Assembly (NCBI GenBank): GCA_030141605.1
Contig: JAQGDQ010000158.1
Coordinates: forward strand, 248,001 to 312,000
Direction: 5' to 3'
Source of the DNA: Tubiluchus corallicola
Taxonomy: Eukaryota > Animalia > Priapulida
DNA length: 64,000 nt
Shown in pieces: positions 13,401 to 26,000 of the stretch. Position 1 is the first letter of the stretch. Each line of letters opens with the position of its first letter. The notes beneath the pieces are model-generated. The model was not told where the DNA came from. It searched no databases and saw only the letters and a list, made by a program, of their open reading frames with translations. A program made the position numbers and the translations under genes.

Positions 13401-15147
13401 ATCATAGATATGATAATGCCTTAGCACAGATTAGCTGCTGGTAGCCTCAACAATCATTCCTGGCAAACCAAAACTCTACCAAGAAAACACGCTAATTTTA
13501 ACGCAGAAGATAATTGTGACAGCCGTTTAGTAAATGTATGTATTCATACATTTTTTAGCTCAATTAGCTTAATTTTTCGTGTCCAACACTCATGCATGGG
13601 GGGGGGGGGTGTCATAAAAACAAAATGGAAACTGATTTAAAATCAATGATGCCAGAAATAAAGTTACTAATATCGGATGAGCAAAGGTGATAATAGTATA
13701 AAGTGAGCCCGATCAAGGTGAGGCTAAGCTCCAAATTTATTTAGTCTTAAAATATAGGTGATACAAATCCTCTGATAAACAGACAAACTATTAAATTGAC
13801 AACATATTGATTTTGGATGCTTTTCATTTTACTCCGATACCGCTAGAATTTAAGCCTACTATACTAGTTATTGGCCTGCATAACTCATTATAACTGATAT
13901 TACAGGCCTAACTACTGTCTGATTTTGGGTTGTTAACGGTGTTGGTAATATAATCTTGAATATTTATAGGTGTGTATGACAGATAAGGTAAATTTTACCG
14001 ATTACCGAGTGCCAAATTGATATAAATACCTATAAGATTCACATGCAATTTAATTTCATTTTTGTATAAAGGACAGGTTACCTGATCGATACGTTGAAAT
14101 TTTGGTTGTTTATGTTCAATATTTTGAGAGCCAGGACCCATGAGGATATGGTCTATGATGATTATTATAATAATAAGAAACTGTAGGGTTAGAAACTGGC
14201 TTGCACTGCCAAATCAAAATAACAAACGTTCTGAAAAAATGTAACATTTTTGAATCAGTAACATTTAAGCAAATAGTACTTTGCTCCACAAATAATACAA
14301 TAATGGTGAATCGAGCCTCCCGATTTTATGATAATCAAGTTCCATTAATAAATGTAGTTCTATTTTCTTGCTGTTGCCAAAGGAATAAACTACTAGAACT
14401 GTTCTAGGCGACCAAATACTTGGTGATCTTACATTTTTGTTTGACATTCTTATGGGAACTTTTTCATAATCATGTTCATAGTTATTTTTTGCAGTTCAAG
14501 CTTTAAATTTGTTGCTTTGACTGTATGGTAAATTTAATTTGCAACTATTAACTCTGGATTATGCAACTTGTAAAAATAAGTTCAAAGATTTCTAATATTA
14601 ATGCCGAATGGTACAAAAAGATCCTGTATCATCCTACTTTTTCCACGTACAAGAATGTATAAGTGCGTGAAGATCATTCATGTATTGAGCATCTTCTTTA
14701 CCATCTGACTAAAATCTGTTACCACACCCATCCAACTTTTGTCGGCTAACTTTCCAGTTTTTCGTTGCAAATATATCAGGGCGTGAATAGAAGATATGTT
14801 TTGAGCTGATTAACAAATTAAGTGAGTGGCACGCTGCATGTACTAACATAAATAAAATCACGTTATTTAATTTAAATAAAGTACAAGACTACCTTGCCAA
14901 AAATTGAGGTCAAAAGGGCCAAGAAAAAAATAGCAGTGAATGTTCAGACTGAGAACGCTGAGTATGTATGTTCATAACAAATGTAACCTAAATGAAACTG
15001 CAGATAAACTGCATAGTATCTTCAAGGGGTTAACAAAATTCTCAGGACATTCTTACTATTCTTTATATATTTGGACATCTTATGCACTCTAATTAAAAAG
15101 AGAATTTCAGTGGCCATTTAACCATTTATTAAGCTAATGGGCCTGCT

Positions 15148-15150
15148 CAC

Positions 15151-15203
<53 letters not shown>

Positions 15204-15231
15204 TGAAATAAGCTTTGCAGACAGTTTAGAA

Positions 15232-15278
<47 letters not shown>

Positions 15279-15303
15279 TAAACTGTCTGCAAAGCTTATT
15301 TCA
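15148..15303. repeat. (CA)n followed by a palindrome centred on (TA)n
   Basis: (CA)n at 15148-15200; TGAAATAAGCTTTGCAGACAGTTTAGAA-(TA)n-TTCTAAACTGTCTGCAAAGCTTATTTCA at 15204-15303. Confidence 0.9.
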
Positions 15304-17098
15304 AAATAAAAGAGCACCAGCTAAAACTTAAACATCAAGTTCTGCCTATATATAATTCACTGATTTATTCGTTTATATACATAAGTTATAACGCACGCAC
15401 AACAGTTAAAAACAGACATTGACCTCACCTAAATTTACTGCTTTCGATTATACTTTGACATACTCTAAAACTGGTGACATAGTTATGTACAAAAATAGCC
15501 TATATACACATTAAACAGAGAACATTCTGTCATACTTAAAATCGGCTAAAACATCAAAACTTTAATCCACAAAGTGATCAATCTTAGCTTATATGCAAAG
15601 TTGTAAATACGTGTAAACAGCAATTTAAACGGTGCAAAGAAATTAACTATTCCAGTCTCCAGAACCTACATGCACCTTATAGTAACTATAATATGGTTAA
15701 ATAAATGTTTCGATAAAAAGTTGTATTCAAAGGCTTAGTACACTGTACAAGACCACTTTGTCCACTCTTGGACTTAGTTACAGAAAATTTAAGAGACGAT
15801 TATGAAATTTGATGAAGTCATAATTATTAGAGCGTGCTGTTGCCCTACGGTGCCAACTCTGGCTAACAAATTTTGAATAACAAATTTGCTAATAGAATAT
15901 CAGCCTATAATGTCTTCTTACGTTAACAAAAAGTCCATAAATGATAAAACGGCAATGCTTTAAATAATTAATAAGGATAATATGCTATACGGTGCATTAA
16001 ATAATCATAATGTACATAATAAATTGCAGAGAGATAACCACTTCAGTAAAAAACATTGGACGGTGATTGTCAAAAAAAGATGAAATTTTAACCGAACTGC
16101 AACTCGTTTACAAAATTATACTGGTATTGCACCGTAACTACGTAATTAACTTGTGGACGCGAATTAAATATATTCTATACATTTACAAAATATAAATTTA
16201 CAAACCTTTAATCTCCTTCAAGATTTACAATATCAAAGTTCATATCAATTTGCGTAGAAAAATAATGTTGTTCTACGAAATGAACATTACATGGTTGACC
16301 ATTTTTATTATGATGATGATATTAATACGGACATTTTTTAAGAATTACATTTTTAAACAGATATGGAAACAAAACTAATAATGAACACTAGAAACGGCCT
16401 AACAAGACATTACGATGTAACAAATTTATCAAAACAAAAGTTTCATCTGAATTTACACCTACATCTTTATTAAGACTATATCTAAAACGATGAAGTAAGC
16501 CTTATGCACACGGAATACAGGACTAACTGTAAGTGTAACAAACTGAACAAGGAAATCTTTATTAAACTACATGTATTGATTCGTGCACATGGCTGCATTT
16601 TTAAACTAAGAATTGGAGTGAAGTTTATGTTAACACACAAGAAATACACGATTTCACATAATTACTTTTTTCAATAAAACTTATCTTCAAAATACGCATA
16701 ATTAAAACAAACATAGTGCGGTGAAGAGATAGAATAGAAGCGACCTGAATAGTAAGCATTATACACAAATCCTTATTGGTTCAACAGTCACTTTAGTAAA
16801 TGGCGACACAGATTGTACAAGCACCTTGATACAATATTTTGTGCAAGCATGTATCGCCATCTATTACCCAGAATGGGAGACTTACAGGCAAACGTACTTT
16901 GAATAATTTTTGTGAAAAATGGAATTTCACTATGTAGCCAGTAATAGGCTATAAAAAGTAAAAAGTAAAAAATGCACACTTAATAACAATTAATATTTAA
17001 TTTCGTTAGCTTTCTACAGAAACAATTTTGTTTACGATTAGCCAACATCTGCACTATCTTATAACAAGCAACATTCTAGCTAGCTAATCTAGATCTAA

Positions 17099-20000
17099 TC
17101 ACTTGGACAAATCTAACCATACTTTCACGCACTTCTTCACGCATGCTCCTTGGTATTTAGCTGTTAATTTCTCTGGACGTCCCTCTCCTGGTATGATGGT
17201 AACATTACATACAAACCTCTCTTCTGGGTTGTACTGTTTACACATCAGGCGCAGAGCTGTCAAATGTAGGCCAGAATTCTCCTTTTCCAGTTTCTCTATC
17301 GGCAAAAAGTATGCGTTTGATTTAATATCACGAAATCCAGACAGCAGAAAGACTTGTCCTGTGTCAGCACTGCCTAGATTCAGTACCACACAGCCTCTTC
17401 CCTTCTTTTTCCAACCATGGACGGCAACTTTGGACAGTTTACGTACAATGGTGTAGTCTTGCACTATTTTGACACAGACTTTCTTACACAGGGTATTGAC
17501 TCTAGCAAAAGTGCACTTTGTTTTGTGTGAATTCCAGTGTTCACGGCGACACTCAGCACTACAATAATACGTGTAACAGTTCCAGCATGATTTGCATTTA
17601 GATTTTGCCTCGATGTCTTCATAATTGACAACCGTACTGCACCTAGGATTGAAACATCGTAATAGAACTTCGTCTCTCTGAATGTACTTCTCGATGTTCT
17701 TCGGGTCAGCAGTGGCCTTTTTCCAAGCTTCTTCGCTGGCATACTCCAAGTTGGCAATGTCTTCGATTGAACTGATGCTTGGACTTAAATGACCAGCACT
17801 GGTGCTTTTAAGTAACTTCATGGGAGTCTTGTGGTGTATTGATTCATTTAGATCTTCAGCATCTAAGCAACTCAGAGACTTGTACTGTGGTCGAATCTTT
17901 GGTATTTCTCTGTCTACCTTTTCAGCGATAAATTCTTCAACAGGACTTTCGGGTCGACTGGGAGCTAGATCAAGCATTTGGTCAACAGCTTCTTCAAAGG
18001 ACATTTTCATCAGTTCCTCATTGCTTGGGTCATTGACTGGATCATACTCTTCCACATCCAATTCATCAATTGATATGTCATGTGTCAGTACTTGCAATGT
18101 CTTTGGTGTCGAAGCATACTGTGGTAAGCTTCCATCTGCATCCAACAAAAACACTTCGTCTTGACCGGGTGTTTTAGGCGTTCGAGGATGTTGTTTCAAG
18201 AAACTGTACTCTGGTGCTGACTTTGTTCTACTAGATGACTGCACTGCACATAATAAATCACCTGCACTTTTTGATCGACTAGGTTTCGGGCGTCTTTCAT
18301 TGCTGATCATTTTCAGTTCAATCACTATGGTCCCATGATTTTTCTTCAGCAATGCAGAAGTATCACGGACAATAATGTTTTTCTCCACAGTCGGAGTTAT
18401 CAAAGCAGGCAAGCTCTTAGATAAGACATTTTTGTCTTCAGGGGTGTCATCAAAAAGAGATGCTTTTACGTCATACTCTGTTTTAACTGGTCTTGTGAGT
18501 TCTGGACTTTGCGATCGAGCTATCTTAGTTGGAATGCCATTTGTCATATAATCAGATGCTTTATAATCAGGAATCTGAAGGTTTTTGTATTTTTGCAACT
18601 CTGATTTTCCCATTTTTGGCTTTGTAGTAACATCTTGAGTAGAACCAGGTCTTTCATCACGTTTCACTTTCATAAATTGCTTCAGTGGTTTATCACGTTG
18701 TGTCGCTGCTGTAACTCTATATAAAGGAATAACTTCTGACGTATTAGACTTTACATCTGGTGACCCATACTGGTCAACGAAAAAGGAGTACACAGGATTG
18801 CCCTCACAGTCTTCGTACATAGCTCGGCCTCGTGGATCCACAAGTATCTTCTGTCCAGGTTCAATGCTATGTAATGGTCGCACTTCAGCATTTTTCACTT
18901 TGTACAACGGATTTCCATGACCATCTTGTAATAATGGTACTCCAGCCTTGTCTTTATATAATGGTGAACCTGCAGAATCAGTCAAAGCATTCAGGGGTCG
19001 TCCTTGTACATTTGTCAATAATGGGCTGGCGTCGCTGTTCTTGTAAAGGCATTTTCCATTTTTGTCAGTAATGGTATACAAAACGTCATTCAGAGTATTT
19101 CTGTAAAGTGGCTTTCCATTGTCATCAACAAATAATTGCCTAACTGGACCCAATTTTGTATACACTGGCAATCCTTTAGTGTCTACCTTTAATGGCTGAT
19201 CATTGTCACTGAAATACAGAGGTTGCTTCTTGGAGTCGACAAGTGATGCCAGAGGAAATTGTTTCGAATTTGTGCAAAGAGGATTTTTATTCATATCAGT
19301 ATAAACAGGCCTTCCATCTTCATCTAAAATTGTAAACAACGGGCATATGTTAACATTCCCAGCTCCACCTTCAATGTACAAAGGTATTCCACTGGCATTT
19401 GTGTAAAGAGGGCGTTGTTTTGCATCTATGTACAATGGTACTCCCAATGGATCTGTAATAGTGTGTAGTTGTTCACCTAGGGGTCCTCTGCCATATGTTG
19501 TCACAACAAATTCTTCTGTTACTGGTAAAAGACGACCATTTACATCTGTGTACATTGGACGGCCCATGTAATCTGTGTACAAAACACGACCATCAGGGCT
19601 AGTAGGTGTGTACACAGGATTTGGCTGAACTGCAAGTGAATGCCCTTTAGTTTTACTATGCAATGGTCGAATTTCTGCTCCTTTTGTTTTATATACAGGA
19701 TAATCTTCAGCATCAATAAGTAGTGGGTGATTTTTCTCATCAAAGTAAAGTGGTTGGTGTTCAGGAGTTAAAGCAGGTGACAGTGGGCGACCACTCTTCT
19801 CTGTCAACAATGGCACTTGCTCATGATTTTTAAACAAAGGTACACCATTTTCATCAGTAACAGTAAAAATTGGGCGACCAAGAGGATCCACATAAAAATG
19901 CTCTCCTGTGGTGTCAACAGACAATGGCAAAACAATGGCATCTCCAAAAGTGAACAAAGGGTAGCCTGCTGAGTCAGTTTTTAGTGGTTTTCCTAGAATG

Positions 20001-23000
20001 TCAACATACAAGGGCTTGCCGTTTTTGTCAGTTAGTGAATTTAACACATGACCTTGCTCATTTGTACAGAGAGGCAAACCATGTTTCTCTGTATATATTG
20101 GGCATCCGTTTTCAGTACACAATGTGCAAACAACTCCTACTTCAATGTCAGAGTATAAAGGGTGGCCGCCATCATCAGTTTCTGCATACAGCGGGATTCC
20201 TTGTGAATTCGTGTACAAAGGTCGTCTCTTGTTGTCAATGTATAAAGTACGGCCGGCTTTGTCAACTACTTCAAACAACTGTCTTCCCCTTGCATTGGCT
20301 TTTTTAGTTGGACGGATGTCTTTAGCAGAATGCAATAACAGCCCATTTTCATCAGTATACATTGGGCGACCAGCAAAATCGCTATACATAGGCAGTGAAT
20401 CAGAATCTAACACCGTATATACAGGACTGATTTCTGAAAAAATTGGCACACCTTCTACACTAGAGTACAGTGGACGAACTTCAGCATCTTTACTTACAAA
20501 TAAAAGTTTGTCAGCCAGATCAGTGTAAACAGGCATACCGTGTTCATCTGTAAAACGGGGCTTTCCAGTCAAATCTACCAACATCTGTTGTGGTCTTCCC
20601 GTGGAATCAGTAAGTAATGACTGTCCTTCACTGTTTTTAAAAAGTGGTTTTCCTTCATTATCAGTAACAGTATACAATTTATTGCCTTTGTGGTCCATGA
20701 ACACATGATTCATCTCACTGTCCACACACAAAGGTTGTACTGTCGCGTCTTTTGCCGTGTAAGTTGGATAGCCTTCTGCATCAATATTTAATGATTGGCC
20801 TCTGACATCCGTATAAAGTAACCTACCATGTGCATCAGAAAGTGAATTCATAGCTTGACCTTCTGCATCGGTAGCAAGTGGACGTAGCTTGCTGTCGAGA
20901 TACACTGGACAGTTGTTTTTGTCAACTAGAGTATACATTTGGCATATGTCAATGTCTGTACATAACAGATTTCCTTCTTGGTCCTTTTTTAAATAAACAG
21001 GTGTTCCATGTTTGTCAGTATAAAGAGGATGACGTTTGCTATCTACATACTGTGGTTTCCCAACTTTATCAGTTATTTCATACAACTCTCTTCCTTTGGC
21101 ATCTCTTTTGCCAAGTGGACGGATATCAGTAGTTTTGTCAGATCGCAAGAGAAGTCCTTGTGAATCAGTGTATACAGGGCGACCAGAAAATTCCATATAG
21201 AGAGGAAATTCATCATTATCTAGCACTGTGTAGACAGTATGCACTGACCTCGCTAATGGAGTACCACTTGAATTAGTATATAATGGACGGACTTCGGAAT
21301 TTTTATTAAGGTATATAGGAGATTCATTTGAGTCCAAGAACAGTTGTTTGCCATTGTCATCCTTGAACAGTGGTTTTCCGTTTATACTCAAAATAGGATT
21401 TACAGGTTTTCCTTTTGAACTAGTTAGCAGTGGACATCCATTGATGTCTTTGTATACTGGTGTACCATTGGGAAATGTGATGGTGTATAGTGGATCACCA
21501 TCCTCTGTGAGATATACAACATTGCCATGTTGGTCACAGCACAGAGGATGAATATAACCATTTCTGAATTGTGGATTCCCTAGCATGTCTGTGGGCAAGT
21601 GATTTCCTTTGCCATCTGTATACAAAGCTTCCCCATTTGCATCGACAACAGTAAATAAAATTCCCTGAGAATCATTGAACACTGGCTGAATAGTTGCACT
21701 ACAATTTAAATACAAGGGATGCCCACTTTCAAACATGTAGAGTGGACGTTTTTCCGCATCTGTATAAATAGGGCATCCATTTTCATTTGCTACAGTATAC
21801 AACATGCATATTCTGCCAAATGAGCTTTTAAGAGCTCCTCTGCAGTCTGTACATATTGGACGACCTTGCTGGTCAACATAAAGCAGGTTTCCATGATTGT
21901 CTATAACTGTGCACAATGGCTGTCCACTTTCATCTGTATCAAGTGGTCGCAGTTCTGAACCATCTATTGTGTAAAGAGGGGCACCATCTTCATCTGGCAA
22001 TAGTGGCTGGTCATCCGCTGCTTTGTAGATTGGCTTTCCTACAGAATCTGTTATACTTAATAGGGCAGAACCTTCATCATCTGTATAGAGGGGTAGTCCT
22101 TTAGCATCACAGTAGAGTGGAATGCCATCACTACCAGTCACTGTATACACTGGCTGAACTTTAGAATTTAAAGGATAGAATGGTTTTCCATCAATGGAGA
22201 CATGTAGAGGCCGATGCATAGAATCAACATACATTGGTCTGCCTTTGTTGTCAATCAAGGTATACAATTTTGATGCGTTTGGTGACCTGTTTTTGTCAAT
22301 AAATAGACCAAACTTATTTACTGCCAGTTCCTGTACATCATTTCCTGATGGCTTGGTATCCTTTAGGTCAGAATCTCTCATTGTAATGGGAGCATTACTA
22401 TTTTCCAATAAATCTTCGCCTGTCTTTCCAGTTTCTTTTTGCATCGGAAGTGCATATTTATCAACTGATGTGTACAGTGGAATATCCATATCGTGTTCTT
22501 TCTCTAAGTTGGATTTTTCATTTAGCATATCAATGTCAGTCTCCAGTATCCCCACTTTTTGCAAAGGAAATGTTTGAGCATCCGACTTAAAATCTAATGA
22601 TGGACCAAGTGGGGACACAGCACTTTGCAACTCTTTTGCTGTAGCAGGTCGACGTTCAATGGTCCTGCCCTGACTGTCCAAAGTAACAGTGAATATAGTA
22701 TCAGTTACTTTATCGTAAACTTGCGTTGATGCAGGAGAATCAGGTCTGTGTTCTGTAGAGCAATGAGAATTAATTGGTTCAATAATATCTTTATGACTAT
22801 GATTTGCAGAGGTGTCACTTCCCAGTGATGCTAGTCTCTGCTTTTCTTTAGAAACTTCGGCAAGGTTGACATAAACTGGTTCACCTATTTGTTGCTTTCC
22901 AAGCAAACTGGTACCTTTCTCATATACAGCATGACCATGTGGAATGCTTGAGGGTGATCTTGGAATTAGTTTTGGCTTGTACATTTCTGCATCATTAAAT

Positions 23001-26000
23001 TTGTCATGTAACTCGTCCTTCCATGGTTTGTAATCAGGCTGGTACTCCAAATGATTGCTCTGCTGGAGACGTTCACGCTTTAGGTTTTCTTTGTTATCTA
23101 CTGCCACATTAATAATTTTACGTCCTGAGATTTCTTGCGCAACATCCTTTGGTGATTTCTTATGTGTGTGCTTTGACTTTGCTTTTGACTTTTTGCTAAC
23201 TGGAGTGTAATCTTTTGCTATTAAAAACTGTTCATCATTTTCATCAAAAAGATGTGTAAGAACAACAGTACCGTAATTGCGATGTTTTATTGGGACACCA
23301 TCTTTTGCACTGGCAGTCTTTATTTGGTATGGTTTGCCCTTGGTAGGTTCAGATTCATTGCTTTTGACAAACTGTCTTTCTCCTATTGGTTTTTCTTCAC
23401 TCATGTGTAGCCTGTTAAAAGGCTTTAATGGATGGAAAATATCAAACTTTCTGTCCATCACATTTGCCTGAATTTCTGCTGCAGAATCATGCGGTATCAC
23501 GTCAGACAAAACTAAACTGACATCACTACTGACTTCACTATTTTTCTGTTTGCTTAAACTGATAGTTAAATTGCTATCTTTTTCTATGTCTTCAAGTTTG
23601 ACAGGGCTTACAGATTTTTGTTGTTCTTCAGCAGGTTTTGCTTCAGTTGGTATTTCATTGGTATGCTTGGATGGAACATGTGATTTAGATTGCCACTCAT
23701 GAGAGTCAGTTCCTGGCAAAATGTTGGTGAATGTCTGCTCTTCTGATTGAACTTTTGCCTCTTTTTTAATTAAAGTTGGTAACTCGCTGATTGTGACATC
23801 AGCACTAGCATCACTTCTAGCATCCATGTGTGAAAATATCTCGTTAGAATGTTGTTCTGTGGATAAAGCGATTCTGTGTTCACGATTTGGAACCACTGTC
23901 CTTTCAGGTTCTGTGCCTTTGATGTTTATTCTGCCTGGCTTGACTTTACTGAAAAATGGAAGTTTCAAATTTTTAGGCTTAGGAGGTGCAACTGGTTTAG
24001 AAACCAAATCTGGATTTTTAACACTCTCTTGTGAATTTTTATTCTCTAGAACATCATTGCTAGAGACAATTTTTTCATGTATTTCTGGGGATTCACTCAT
24101 TAAATCAATGGTTTTTGCATCTGGTTTGGGCGAAGGAAGCGTTTCCTCAACGTAAAGTGATGTCTCCTCAGGAGGCCTGTAAATTACAAGGCCAAGTTCT
24201 CTAGTTTCTAATATTGTGTCATCTGCAGTAATCTGAGACCGAATTGACAAACGAGGCTTAGGAACTGGAACAGAGGATTTTGTAAGTTGATTAATGCCAA
24301 GTTCTTCTTTGGTTCGTGAAAAGGCTGCTTGGGTCTGCGGCATTGGTACTGGAGTGGTGTCATCTTTTTGAAAAGCAACATCATTTACTTCTTTTATCTT
24401 ATAGCTCGTTTCAGCTGTTGCTTTAGCATCTGCTGCCGAAACAGGATGAGCTTGTTCAAAAGGTATTTCTCTTGCATCAGCATGTAAATTGGAACTATCA
24501 GCAGTAACAGGAACAACACGTTGAAGGACTACCTCATTGCTTACTATATTTATTTGATTTGAGACACTCGTTTCTGGTTGATCTTCAATCTTACTCTGAT
24601 CCTGAACCAGAATGTCACTTTCTTCTAGTTTTGTATGTTGTGCCTTTGGCACCTGTCTATTTTCTGATAGAAGACTTCTATCATTTACCAAAACAGAAAG
24701 ATCCTGATGCAGATTTACATCATTTTCTTCTGTTTTACCATGAGTAACCTCAGTTGTTCTTTCATAATCAGGTAATTTACTAATGTCCATCAACTGGACA
24801 GGGCCAGCAGTAATCGTTTGCTTAAATGTCCTGATCATTGATGTAGATTCTTTTTCCAGGAGTGATCTTGAAGTTTTACAAACGGATGCCCTTGACATCC
24901 CATCTTGTGTCCGTAAATCAGATGAATAAAATTCTTCTTTGGTGAAGCTTTCACTTGTAGTAGTATCCGATTCTTCTTCTCGTAGGGTAGTAGTAACTGG
25001 CGCTTTTTCCATTAAATCAAGAGATTTCATGGTTTTTTGCTCATCAGAATCATTCTCTTTTCTGGGAAGATCATAGCCTGTTACTTTAACCTTTTCAATA
25101 GTTTGACGATCACTACCTTTCACATGACCAGGTAATTGCACTTGTTTGATTACAGAAACAGAGCTAGGAACATGTGAATCTGAGTCATATGTTGAATTTT
25201 GCACAGGAGTTGCTTCATCGAAGGACTCAATATTTGGTGGTGGCTTATTTTTTAATATAGACTTGGGCACTTTTGGTAAGGTGTGCGCTTTTTGTTCATA
25301 AAGTTTCCAGTTAGCTGTTCCCCTACTACCCTCAGCCGCTTCCTTCTGTAATTGATTTTCAGGTGGAGTAACTTCATCTTTATTTCCAAACAAATCACCT
25401 GTACTTCTGGCACGACTCTTGGCTTGTGCTGCACTTAGTAACAATGGTGAACTTGGCACAGAGGAAACAGTTCGGAACTGATGCTTTATTTCAGGAAAGA
25501 TTTCAGAAGTATTGGACTTTTCAAACACATCATCTATATTAGTCTCTTTAAGTACATTTTTATGCTTTGATATCATTGAGTCAATATCAGTTTCTGTATA
25601 GTTTGCTTGAATGGGCTGTGCATAAATCGGTTGATCAGAGCCTCTGACTGGGACTAAACGAGTTTGGCTTCCCAAAATACGTATATCGCTAGATGATTTG
25701 GCCCTTAGTGGTTTAGAAACAATGTCTTCGACATGCATGTCACTTTGAGAGTATGACAATGGTTTTCTTTCATCCATATACTGAGCTGACAAAGACGCAA
25801 TTCTACCATCCTCAGGTGTAGAAGCAGCACGAGCTTTAATTCGCTTCCTGTATTCCTCAATATCCTCAAATTTTGGCACTGGCACAGCTTTGCTTTTTTG
25901 TTTCTCTTTTAACTTTGCAAGATGTCTGTCAAATTCAGATATGCTTTTCAATATACTGTCATTTGAAACTTGCAAGCCACCTTCTTCAAAAAAGCGCTTC

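Noticed and set aside
18760-22270. Bacterial (RHS/YD or choline-binding) horizontal origin of the AJM1 repeat block
   Set aside because: The resemblance is only superficial (YxDxxG); there is no RHS core signature and no obvious compositional break, so it cannot be supported without a search.
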